Below, piece after piece: positions 17,752 to 26,778 of a stretch of DNA of 64,000 bases (its first letter is position 1; every line of letters begins with the position of its first letter). Source of the DNA: Candidatus Eiseniibacteriota bacterium (GTDB lineage: Bacteria; Orphanbacterota; Orphanbacteria; Orphanbacterales; Orphanbacteraceae); the NCBI GenBank assembly GCA_043809585.1, contig JBDROZ010000111.1, positions 50,320 through 114,319 of the forward strand, read 5' to 3'. The notes under the pieces were generated by a model. The model was not told where the DNA came from and did no database searches. It was given only the letters and a program-made list of their open reading frames with translations. The translations under genes and the position numbers were made by a program.

Positions 17752-19764
17752 ATGAGGAAAGCTTTCGCGCTGCTCTTCGTTCTGATCGCGGCGGCCTACG
17801 CCGGGTCGTTCCGCGCCGGCTGGCACCTGGACGACAACCGCACCATCGTGAGGAACGAGGCGATCGACGACCTGCCCCGGGCCTTCTCCCGTCTCGTCAC
17901 GGCGAACCGCGGACTCGGCGATCTCACGTTCACCCTGAATCACCGGATCGCCGGAGACGATCCCTTCCTCTACCACGGGGTGAACCTGGCGATTCACTTC
18001 GCCTGCGGCATCTTGATCTACCTTCTCGTCTCCGGGCTTCGCCCGAAGGACCGGAGAACCCGCCGGGCCGCCTTCGCCGCGGCCGCCCTCTTCCTCGCCC
18101 ATCCTCTCGCCACCGGCTCGGTGACCTACGTGGTCCAGCGGTACACCTCCCTGGCCACGCTGTTCTATCTCCTGTCGGTGTGGCTCTACCGCCGGGGCGC
18201 GGTGCGGGGGGACCGGACGGCGGCGGTCCTTTCCGTCCTGGCCGCCCTCGCGGGCGCCCGGTCGAAAGAGATCGTCCTCACCCTGCCCGCCGCCCTCTTG
18301 CTCCTCGAGTGGCTCTTTCCGACCATGCGCACCCGGAGGCGCTACCTCCGCGCGCTTCCCCACGCCGCGGTCGTCGCCCTGATTCCGCTCACCCTCGTCA
18401 CCGCCCGGATCGGGCTCGGCGAATCGCTCGCCGACGCCATGACCCGGTCCAGCCGCGAGACCGGGGTCATCGGGCGCTCGTCTTATGCGATCACCGAGGT
18501 GCACGTGGTGACGGACTACCTCCGCCTCCTCTTCCTGCCCCGGGGACTCACCATCGATCATGACGTGCCGGTCCGGACCGACCCCTTCGAGGCGGCGACC
18601 CTTCTGAAGGGGATCTTTCTCGCCGCCTGCATCGGCGCGGGGTTCGCCCTCCGGAGGTGGCGACCCCTGGCGGCCTTCGGCATCCTCTGGTTCTTTCTCG
18701 CCCTCTCGGTCGAGTCGTCGCTCCTGCCGATCCGGGACGTCATGTTCGAGCACCGCACCTATCTCCCGTCCGTCGGATTCTTCTCGGCTCTCGCCGCGCT
18801 GCTCCCCGATCCCCGTGGGCGGCCCCGCCTCGCGGCCGGGGCGCTCGCCGCCGTTCTGGTTCTCCTCTCGGCCCTCACCTTCGAGCGAAACCGGGTTTGG
18901 AGGAGCGAGATCTCTCTCTGGAGCGACGCGGTCCGAAAGGCGCCTGCCAAGGCGAGGCCGTGGGCGAACCTCGGCTACGCCCGCCTCGAAGGGGGGGAGA
19001 GGGAGGGGGCCGCGGCCGCTCTCGAAGAGGCGGTTCGCCTCGGACCGGTCTTTCCCGAAGATCTGGTCACCCTGGCGGAAGCGAGATACGGCCTCGGACG
19101 CTACCGGGAGGCGGAGGAGGCCCTCCGCGAGGCGATTCGAATCCTCCCGCGTTATGCCCGGGCCCACCGGAACCTCGCCCTCCTTCTCCGGGAGACCGGG
19201 CGGCCCGACGAGGCCCTCCGGGAGGCGGAGCGGGCGGTGGAAGTCGATCCGGCCTATGAGGAGGGGAGACGATTCCTTGCGGTCCTTCGCGCCGAGCGGG
19301 AGGCGGGGGCCGGAAAGGGGATTCAGGAAGAGACCGGAGCCCTCGCCGCCGCCCTCGAGGGGGACGGAAAAGAGGCTCTCCGCCGAATGAAAACGTGGGA
19401 GGCCGACGAGGGCCCGAAAGGCCCGGATGACGCCGTTCGGATTGCCCGGGCACTCCATGAGGGAGGAATGCCGGAGGAGGCCCTCGAGGCCCTCCTGATC
19501 GCCGGCCGTATGTTTCCCGGCGATGCCCGGTTCCCCTACTACGCCGGGGCGATTCTCTATCAACGGGGTGATCCGGCGGAGGCCTTGCCGAGAATCGAAG
19601 AATCCCTCGAGCGGGACCCCTCGGACGGGGACGCCCGCCTCCTCCTCGCCCGCGCGCTGATCGACCTGAATCAGCCGGCCCGCGCCCGAATCGAACTCGA
19701 ACGAATTCTCGGGGAAACCCCTCAACTAACTGAAGCAAAAGAGCTTTTGAGTAGACTCCCCTGA
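17752..19764 (+). CDS. TMTC-like GT-C membrane protein (PMT-like N-terminal domain + DUF1736-like segment + C-terminal TPR repeats); putative protein O-glycosyltransferase
   Basis: About 9 N-terminal TM helices; a WHLDDNR acidic loop motif; a DUF1736-like EHRTYLPSVGFF segment; the C-terminal 300 or so aa form TPR-like helical repeats. Confidence 0.55.
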   Translation: MRKAFALLFVLIAAAYAGSFRAGWHLDDNRTIVRNEAIDDLPRAFSRLVTANRGLGDLTFTLNHRIAGDDPFLYHGVNLAIHFACGILIYLLVSGLRPKDRRTRRAAFAAAALFLAHPLATGSVTYVVQRYTSLATLFYLLSVWLYRRGAVRGDRTAAVLSVLAALAGARSKEIVLTLPAALLLLEWLFPTMRTRRRYLRALPHAAVVALIPLTLVTARIGLGESLADAMTRSSRETGVIGRSSYAITEVHVVTDYLRLLFLPRGLTIDHDVPVRTDPFEAATLLKGIFLAACIGAGFALRRWRPLAAFGILWFFLALSVESSLLPIRDVMFEHRTYLPSVGFFSALAALLPDPRGRPRLAAGALAAVLVLLSALTFERNRVWRSEISLWSDAVRKAPAKARPWANLGYARLEGGEREGAAAALEEAVRLGPVFPEDLVTLAEARYGLGRYREAEEALREAIRILPRYARAHRNLALLLRETGRPDEALREAERAVEVDPAYEEGRRFLAVLRAEREAGAGKGIQEETGALAAALEGDGKEALRRMKTWEADEGPKGPDDAVRIARALHEGGMPEEALEALLIAGRMFPGDARFPYYAGAILYQRGDPAEALPRIEESLERDPSDGDARLLLARALIDLNQPARARIELERILGETPQLTEAKELLSRLP

Positions 19765-19957
19765 TTTCGGCGAGGGGGGATGTCGATCGGGCCGAGCCGC
19801 CCCTCATCGGAGGGTGGCCCCCCCGATCGCGCGGCATGTTTCTGACCACCTGATCACAGATTGAACACCTCGAGCGCCCAACTATGAGGCACCTTCCCTC
19901 CTCCTCGGCGCGAGTATTATAACGCAGCCACTTGCACTATCTTGCAGCGGACGATTC

Positions 19958-22900
19958 ATGGTCCCCCCTGGGCATCGCGGCACGGCCTTTGCTGTTAGGC
20001 TGGGTCCGGGGGGGAGGTCCCCCGGTTTCGTCCCGAAACTCCATCACCCCAGACACGACGGGCCGCCCCCGCGGCCGGAACCGAGAGTGATCTTGAAGGT
20101 ACGGCCCATCGCCGGAACTCGTCTTCGTCTCCGCGGAGGGCCCGCGGGGATCCTGGTTCTTCTTCTCGCGGCGCCGGCGGCCCTCGGGGCCGACCTGACC
20201 CTTCTCTGGACCGCTCCCGCGGAGAACGGCGCGGCCGGGGGGCCCGCAACGGCCTACGATCTGCGCTATTCGAACGCGCCCGTCGGGGGGGACACGCTCG
20301 GGTGGTGGAACGGCGCCGTTCCCGTGCCGAACGAACCGGTCCCCGGCACGCCGGGGTCGCCCCAATCGCTCGTCGTGAGCGGCCTCGACCCGGCGACCAC
20401 CTACTACTTCGCCCTCCGCTCCGCCGACGAGGAGGCGAACGTCTCCCCCTTCTCCAACGTGTTCGAATTCGCCACCGGGGACACCACGGGCGGGGACCCG
20501 GGCGGGCTCGTCATCAGCGGCGTGACCGTGGACTCGATCGGCGGCGATTCGGCTTTCGTCGCGTGGTCGACGAATCGTGACGCACGGGGGTTGGTTCGGT
20601 ACGGACCGGACGGCGGATACGGGAGCGAGACCGAAACGGAGACCGATTCGACGATCCTCCACGGCGTCTGGATCGGCGGACTCGGAGAAGGAACCCTCGT
20701 CCACTACCAGGTCGTCTCCTTCGCGGGGGCCGACCGTGACTCCACCGCCGACGCCGCTTTCACCACCGCCGACCCGCCCCCGGCCCGGCCGGCCGGGTTC
20801 GACCACGTGGACGGGGAAGGGGAGGTGACACTTCTCTGGCAGGCGAACCAGGAGCCCGACCTCGACGGCTACCGGGTCTACTGGGAGGCGAGGGACCGCG
20901 CCGACGACGGCCGCCTTCTGGACGAGGACTTCGAGACGAGTCCCGTAGGGGCCCCGCCTTCCGGGTGGGCCATCGAGACGGACGCCGGGACCCCGGCGAG
21001 CGTCTTCTTCGTGCAGAGCGATCCGGGGCGGGGCCGCGCCGTGCGTGCGACCCCGAACGGAGCGGGCTACCGGGCCCGCTATGCCCCTTCGCCGTCCCCC
21101 GCCTGGGGGGACGTGGAGTGGCGCGGCGCCTTCCGTTTCTCCACCGGTGCCGGGGCGGACGTGGAGATCCGGAGGGGGGGAGGTGCCGCCTATCGGATCG
21201 GCTTCGCTCCGGACGGAGCCCCCCGGGCGGAGAAAGTCGGCGGCGGATCGCTCGTCTCCCTCGGCTCCCTCCCCACCTCGTGCGGCCCCGGCGGGTGGGT
21301 GCGATTCCGGATCAGCGCGTGGAACCGCCCCGAAGGCGTCCTTCTCCACGCCCTCTTCTGGCCCGAGGGAGAGGCCGAGCCGCTCCGCCCGACCCTGGCG
21401 GTTCTCGACACGGGGAGCCTCCCGGCCGCCTCCGTAGCCCTTCGCGCCTCCGGAACCGGGGAGGTCTGGTTCGACGATCTCGCGGTGACCGCCCTTCCCC
21501 CTTCCACGAACGAGGTCGATCGCTCCCTGTTCGTTCAATGGACCCACGGGGGCCTTTCCGCCGACTCCTCCTATCACTACCGATTGGAAGCGGTCGACGG
21601 CAACGGCTCCGCAGGCCTCCCCGCCGGGCCTCTCATCGGATACCCCGCCGGCGAAGAGGGGACGGACGTCACGCCCCCCGCGGCCATCGCCGATCTGGCG
21701 GCCCTTCCCGGAAACGGCTTCGGCGAGGCGCGGCTCACGTGGACCGCCACGGGGGACGACTCGACCTCGGGCCGGGCCCTCTCGTACGATCTCCGGTGGT
21801 CCCCCCAGCCGATCAATCCGGAGGTGTGGCCCGCGGGCACCACGAAGCTCTACACCGGAACCCCCCTTCCTGCCGGAGGAGGGGAGACCTACACCTTCGC
21901 CGGCCTGCCGGCGGGCTCTACGGTCTGGTTCGCCCTGACCGCCCAGGACGACGGGGGCAACGAATCGGATCTCTCGAACATCGTCCCCCTCGACCTTCCC
22001 GCCGACACGATCGCGCCGGTCCTCACGAACATCCGGACCGAGAACGTCACGGACGGAAGCGCCGAGGTCGCATGGACGACGAACGAGTCGTCGGACGGCG
22101 AGGTCCGGTACGGTCTGACCGACTCGTACGAGATCGGACTGGTGGGGGAGGAATCGGGAGGGACGTCTCACCGGGTCACGCTCTCCGGCCTCGCGCCGGT
22201 GACGCTCTATCACTACCGCGTCCGCTCCACCGACGGGGCGGGCAACGCATCCGAGTCGGGAGACAGGACCTTCGTCACCGCCGAGGAGGCGGTCGGCGTC
22301 CCCGTCATCTCTCATCTGAACATCGCCGCCGTCTCGGACACGGAAGCGGTGATCGAGTTCATCACCGACATCTCCGCCGTCGGATCGATCGACTACGGGG
22401 CGGACACGACCTACGGGGAGACGGTCTCCGAATCGGCGTACGGAACCGCCCACTCCCTCCGGCTCGCCCCGCTGACCGCGGGCGCGGACTACCACTTCCG
22501 GGCCCGGGCGACCGGCGAGGAAGGGGGGACGGCGGTCACGGAGGATCAGACGCTCACCACCTCGTTCGAGCAGGATCCTCCGCTCTTCAGCCAGATCGAG
22601 GCGACCGAGATCGGCCCGTCGGGGGTCACCATCCGGTGGCGCACGAACGAGGGGGCGACGGAGCGGGTCGAGTACGGGCCGACCGGGAGCTACGGAAGCT
22701 GGTCGGCCGGGGACACGACGTACACCTACGACCACGAGGAGCGCCTCGACGGCCTCGCGTCCTCCACCACGTTCCACTACCGCGTCCACGGGCGGGACCG
22801 GTACGGCAACCGCGCCTTCTCCGAGGACCGGACATTCACGACCGCCGCCGCGGGCGACCACCGGGCCCCGCTGCTCGCGGGGGTCGAAGCGGACAGCGTC

Positions 22901-25192
22901 TGGCCCGGGGGGGCGAGAATCGTCTGGACATCGGACGAGCCGGCGGACGGCCAGGTCGAGTACGGGCAGGATCTCCCCTACGACCGGGCGACTCCGCTCG
23001 ACGAGACCCTCGCCGAAGGGCACGCCGTCACGATCCGGGGCCTCGAACCGTCGACGACGTACCACTTCCGGGTCCTCTCCCGGGACGGGAGCGGAAATCT
23101 CGCGGGATCGGGGGACCGCACCTTCACGACGACGCCGCCGGACGACCTCGACTCCCCGGGAATCTACGGGATCGTCCTCGAGGGCCCGACGGCCTCGGGA
23201 ATCACGGTCGCGTGGCGAACCGACCGGGCGGCCTACGGCCAGGTCGAGTACGGCCCCGCCCCGGGGTTCGGCTCCCTTTCGGCGCCGGAGACGGCGGCCG
23301 ACACGCTCCATTCGATCCGCATCGAGGGACTGACCGCGGGGGTGACCTTCCGGCTGCGGGTGCTCGCATGGGCAGAGGGGGGACCGGTCGTCCTCTCGCC
23401 GGACACGATCTTCGTTCTCGACGGCGGAGGGGACGTCGACCCTCCGGGAATCGTGGCCATCGCCGTCACCGGGGTCGGCGAATCGTCGGCGACCATCGAA
23501 TGGACCACCGACGAGCCGGCGGAGGGGCAGATCGAATACGGGAGCGGCGACGGGAGCGGTTACGACCGGGCGACGCCGTGGGACGGTTCCCTCGGGACGG
23601 CCCACACGGCGCGCATCGAAGGACTCGCGCCCCGGACGACTTACCGATTTCGGCTCTTCGCGAGAGACGGCGCCGGCAACCCGGTCTATTCGGAAGAGCA
23701 CGGGTTCGCGACGACGGGCGCCGTGGACTCGCTCCCGCCGACGGTGAGCGGCCTGACCATCGCCGATCTCGGCGACGGCGTTCGTCTCGCCTGGAGCACC
23801 GACGAGGGGGCGTGGGGGCACGTGGACTACGGGCTCGACAGCACGCTCGGCCTCGAAACGGAGACCGGCCCGGGCCCCGGCGTGCTCCATCAATTCGACG
23901 TGATCGGCCTCGCGGCGGGCGTGCCGTTCTACTTCCGGGCCGCGGCCGAGGACGCCGCGGGCAACGCCGGATACTCGGAGATCCTCGCCCACACGGTGGG
24001 GGCGGCGCCGGACACGACGTCGCCGGTCTTCACCGGAGAGGTCGTCGTCCAACCGGGCGTCCGGGATGCGACAATCCTCTGGGCCACGGAGGGGCCTTGC
24101 CGGGGAACGCTGGAGTACGGCACCGACCCGCACGACCTCGATCACTCCGTCTCGGAGCCGGACTACACCCTCGTCCACCGGATCGTCGTCGGCGGCCTGG
24201 AGCCGGAGACCACTTATCACTTCCGCCTCCGCTGCGTCGACCTTTCGGGGTACGAGACGGTCCGGAGCGGCGAGTCCTTCACCACGGAAAGGGAGACATC
24301 GGCGTTCCCCCCCACGATCGTCTCGCTGACTCTCTCGAACCGGACCCCCGAGGGCCTCCACATCGCCTGGGAGACGGACCGGCAGGCGGTGGGACAGGTC
24401 GAGTTCGGGGAAGGGGAGCAGATGGCCCATGCCACGGCCATGTCCTCGGTCTTCACGAGGGAGCATATCGACCGGCTCGGCGGACTGACGCCGGGAAAGG
24501 CATACACGTACCGGATCCGGGGGATGTCTCCCGAGGGGCTCTTCTTCTTCTCCGCGCCCGACACGTTCCGCACGCCCGAGGACCGGACCGGGCCGCCACC
24601 GCCTCACATGAAGGAGGCGAGCGAGATCGACGAGGGGATTCAGATCGCCTGGCGGCCGGAGGAGGGGGAGGTCGCTCATTCGCTGGCCCTCCACCGGCGC
24701 TTCCTGCCGGGGGGGCAGTGGAAGACGATCTGGGTCGCCACGGGCCGGGAGACGACGTACGTGGACCCGGTCGCGCCCGTGGACCTCACGGGAGTCGAGA
24801 AGGCCCAATACTACCTGGAGGCTTTCGACGCCTACGGGAACGGCACGTCCGGGGACACGATCGACGTGTTGATCTTAATGCACGCGGCCGAAGGGGTCCC
24901 CCTCTTTCGACTGCTCCCGAACCGGCCGAATCCCTTCAACCCGACCACGACGATCCCCTTCGAGCTCCCTTCCTCCCCTTCCGAACCGCACCTGGTGACG
25001 ATCACGGTCTACAACGTGGCGGGGGAACGGCTGAAGGTGCTTCTCGACAAGATCCTCACGGCGGGAACCAAGAGCCAGACAACCTGGGACGGCACGGACT
25101 GGCGCGGAGAACCGGTCGCGTCGGGCGTCTACTACTACCGCTTCACCGCCGGCTCCTACTCCGAGACGAAACGGATGACCCTGATTCGGTAG
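19958..25192 (+). CDS. Giant secreted protein: signal peptide, about 14 tandem FN3-like beta-sandwich modules, lectin-like insert, C-terminal T9SS sorting domain
   Basis: Repeated modules of about 100 aa share the pattern W.T.E...G.VEYG....YG......H...L.GL.P.TTYH[FY]RV.S.DGAGN. The C-terminus (LLPNRPNPFNPTTTIPF...GVYYYRF...KRMTLIR) matches the T9SS Por_Secre_tail. The true start may be the GTG/TTG near 20087-20093, just before the signal peptide. Confidence 0.8.
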   Translation: MVPPGHRGTAFAVRLGPGGRSPGFVPKLHHPRHDGPPPRPEPRVILKVRPIAGTRLRLRGGPAGILVLLLAAPAALGADLTLLWTAPAENGAAGGPATAYDLRYSNAPVGGDTLGWWNGAVPVPNEPVPGTPGSPQSLVVSGLDPATTYYFALRSADEEANVSPFSNVFEFATGDTTGGDPGGLVISGVTVDSIGGDSAFVAWSTNRDARGLVRYGPDGGYGSETETETDSTILHGVWIGGLGEGTLVHYQVVSFAGADRDSTADAAFTTADPPPARPAGFDHVDGEGEVTLLWQANQEPDLDGYRVYWEARDRADDGRLLDEDFETSPVGAPPSGWAIETDAGTPASVFFVQSDPGRGRAVRATPNGAGYRARYAPSPSPAWGDVEWRGAFRFSTGAGADVEIRRGGGAAYRIGFAPDGAPRAEKVGGGSLVSLGSLPTSCGPGGWVRFRISAWNRPEGVLLHALFWPEGEAEPLRPTLAVLDTGSLPAASVALRASGTGEVWFDDLAVTALPPSTNEVDRSLFVQWTHGGLSADSSYHYRLEAVDGNGSAGLPAGPLIGYPAGEEGTDVTPPAAIADLAALPGNGFGEARLTWTATGDDSTSGRALSYDLRWSPQPINPEVWPAGTTKLYTGTPLPAGGGETYTFAGLPAGSTVWFALTAQDDGGNESDLSNIVPLDLPADTIAPVLTNIRTENVTDGSAEVAWTTNESSDGEVRYGLTDSYEIGLVGEESGGTSHRVTLSGLAPVTLYHYRVRSTDGAGNASESGDRTFVTAEEAVGVPVISHLNIAAVSDTEAVIEFITDISAVGSIDYGADTTYGETVSESAYGTAHSLRLAPLTAGADYHFRARATGEEGGTAVTEDQTLTTSFEQDPPLFSQIEATEIGPSGVTIRWRTNEGATERVEYGPTGSYGSWSAGDTTYTYDHEERLDGLASSTTFHYRVHGRDRYGNRAFSEDRTFTTAAAGDHRAPLLAGVEADSVWPGGARIVWTSDEPADGQVEYGQDLPYDRATPLDETLAEGHAVTIRGLEPSTTYHFRVLSRDGSGNLAGSGDRTFTTTPPDDLDSPGIYGIVLEGPTASGITVAWRTDRAAYGQVEYGPAPGFGSLSAPETAADTLHSIRIEGLTAGVTFRLRVLAWAEGGPVVLSPDTIFVLDGGGDVDPPGIVAIAVTGVGESSATIEWTTDEPAEGQIEYGSGDGSGYDRATPWDGSLGTAHTARIEGLAPRTTYRFRLFARDGAGNPVYSEEHGFATTGAVDSLPPTVSGLTIADLGDGVRLAWSTDEGAWGHVDYGLDSTLGLETETGPGPGVLHQFDVIGLAAGVPFYFRAAAEDAAGNAGYSEILAHTVGAAPDTTSPVFTGEVVVQPGVRDATILWATEGPCRGTLEYGTDPHDLDHSVSEPDYTLVHRIVVGGLEPETTYHFRLRCVDLSGYETVRSGESFTTERETSAFPPTIVSLTLSNRTPEGLHIAWETDRQAVGQVEFGEGEQMAHATAMSSVFTREHIDRLGGLTPGKAYTYRIRGMSPEGLFFFSAPDTFRTPEDRTGPPPPHMKEASEIDEGIQIAWRPEEGEVAHSLALHRRFLPGGQWKTIWVATGRETTYVDPVAPVDLTGVEKAQYYLEAFDAYGNGTSGDTIDVLILMHAAEGVPLFRLLPNRPNPFNPTTTIPFELPSSPSEPHLVTITVYNVAGERLKVLLDKILTAGTKSQTTWDGTDWRGEPVASGVYYYRFTAGSYSETKRMTLIR

Positions 25193-25367
25193 GGCGCACG
25201 ATCTTCGCCTCCGAACCCGGGGCGTCCCTCGGACGCACCCCCATGGTTCCTCTCGTCGTGCAGGTCACGGCCGGGGGCCGGAGCCACATCGGGAAACCGG
25301 CGCGTCCCGGTCGGCGAACGCGGTGGTCCCCGGAGCGCTCATGAGTGGAAGAGGAGGGGAAAAGAGA

Positions 25368-25441
25368 GTGAGCCGTGTAGGGCTCGAACCTACGACTTCC
25401 TGCTTAAAAGGCAGGTGCTCTACCGACTGAGCTAACGGCCC
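25368..25441 (-). tRNA. tRNA-Lys (anticodon UUU)
   Basis: The minus-strand cloverleaf has a 7-bp acceptor stem (GGGCCGU/ACGGCUC), a D-arm GCUCAGUCGGUAGAGC, the anticodon loop CUUUUAA and a T-arm GGUUCGAGCC. No CCA is encoded. Confidence 0.85.
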
Positions 25442-25493
25442 ACGCGTCTCGCCATTGTAGGGATCGAGGGGGGAGGATGCAAGGCTGGGGGTA

Positions 25494-26774
25494 CTACGGC
25501 CCGATAGACACCCGGAGCGTCCGGTCCCGTTCCGGCCCCGTCGAGAGAAGGACCACCGGCGCGCCCGTTCCCCGGGCGACGCGCCGAACGTAATCGGTCA
25601 CCCCCTCCGGCAAATCGGAGGGATCCCGGACGGTTTCCGGAATCTCCTTCCAACCAGGCCACTCCTCGTAGACCGGCCTTACCCGGCCGAGGGCGGCCGG
25701 CGAGGCCGGAGGGAGGTTCATCGTCTTCCCGCCCAGCTCGTAGGCGACGCAGACGGGAATCCGCTCGAGGCCGGAGAGCACGTCCAGTTTCGTGAGGGCG
25801 ATTCCCGTCACGCCGTTCCAGCGGACCGACGCCCGCAAGAGCGGAAGGTCGAGCCAGCCGCACCGGCGGGGGCGGCCGGTCGTCGTGCCCCACTCGGCCC
25901 CCCGTTCCCGGAGGCGCTCCCCCTCGGGCCCGACCTGTTCCGTCGGGAACGGCCCGGTGCCGACCCGGGTCGTGTACGCTTTCGTCACGCCGAAGACCCT
26001 CTCGATCCGACCCGGCCCGACGCCCGATCCCGCGCATGCGTTCCCGGCGAGGGTGCTCGACGAGGTGACGAAGGGAAAGGTCCCGGCATAGAGGTCGAGA
26101 TGGGTCCCCTGGGCTCCTTCGAAGAGCACTTCCTCCCCCCGGTCGAGCGCGTCGTTCACGGCGGCGGACACATCACCGACGAGAGGCCCCAGTTTCTCCC
26201 TCCACGACTTCCAGAGGGCCTCCACGCCTTCCCACGGGAGGGGATCGCCCCCCGCCTCGGCGATGCGCCGGTTCGCCCGCTCGTGGGCCCTCCGAAACCG
26301 CTCCTCGCCATCAGGCTCGATCAGATCGCCGAGAAGGAGCGCCCCCCGGGAGGCCCGGTCTTCGTAGGCGGGGCCGATCCCCCGCTTCGTGGTGCCCAAT
26401 CCCTCGCCCCCCCGCCCCGCCTCTTCGAGGCCGTCCCGGGCGATGTGGTGGGGGAGGAGGAGGGTTGCCCGCCCGCTCACGAGGAGGCGGTCCCGGACCG
26501 GAACGCCGCGCCCCTCGATCTCCTCGATCTCGGCGGTCAGCTTCTCGGGATCGATGACCATCCCCCATCCGAGAGCGCACCGCACTCCCGGACGCACGGC
26601 GCCCGAGGGGAGGAGATGAAGGGCGTACCGCTCGCCGCCGATGCGGATCGTGTGGCCCGCGTTCGCGCCCCCTTGGAAGCGGACGGTCCACGACGCCTCG
26701 CCGGCGAGGACGTCGATCACCTTCCCCTTCCCTTCGTCTCCCCACTGGGTGCCGATCAGGACGGTCCCCGGCAT
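25494..26774 (-). CDS. purA: Adenylosuccinate synthetase
   Basis: N-terminal GTQWGDEGKGK P-loop, GGANAGHT and conserved GTTKRGIGPAYEDR motifs; 426 aa. Confidence 0.95.
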   Translation of the reverse strand: MPGTVLIGTQWGDEGKGKVIDVLAGEASWTVRFQGGANAGHTIRIGGERYALHLLPSGAVRPGVRCALGWGMVIDPEKLTAEIEEIEGRGVPVRDRLLVSGRATLLLPHHIARDGLEEAGRGGEGLGTTKRGIGPAYEDRASRGALLLGDLIEPDGEERFRRAHERANRRIAEAGGDPLPWEGVEALWKSWREKLGPLVGDVSAAVNDALDRGEEVLFEGAQGTHLDLYAGTFPFVTSSSTLAGNACAGSGVGPGRIERVFGVTKAYTTRVGTGPFPTEQVGPEGERLRERGAEWGTTTGRPRRCGWLDLPLLRASVRWNGVTGIALTKLDVLSGLERIPVCVAYELGGKTMNLPPASPAALGRVRPVYEEWPGWKEIPETVRDPSDLPEGVTDYVRRVARGTGAPVVLLSTGPERDRTLRVSIGP

Positions 26775-26778
26775 GCGT

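Noticed and set aside
19937-25344. Antisense and alternative-frame giant ORFs (19937..24808 minus, 20965..25344 plus) overlapping the FN3-repeat gene. Similar shadow ORFs occur elsewhere (1578..2519, 9610..11391, 12179..13816, 37185..40166, 43075..44220, 44422..46113, 49147..51612, 52036..53919, 55760..57307, 57407..58420, 61436..63049).
   Set aside because: Arg/Pro/Gly-rich low-complexity translations typical of non-coding frames in GC-rich DNA, with no domain signatures. The coding frame is established by conserved motifs on the other frame or strand.
25193-25493. Integrated element or genomic island at tRNA-Lys
   Set aside because: No integrase, direct repeat of the tRNA 3' end, or compositional shift adjacent to the tRNA. 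The flanking genes (purA on one side, the FN3 gene on the other) are chromosomal in character.
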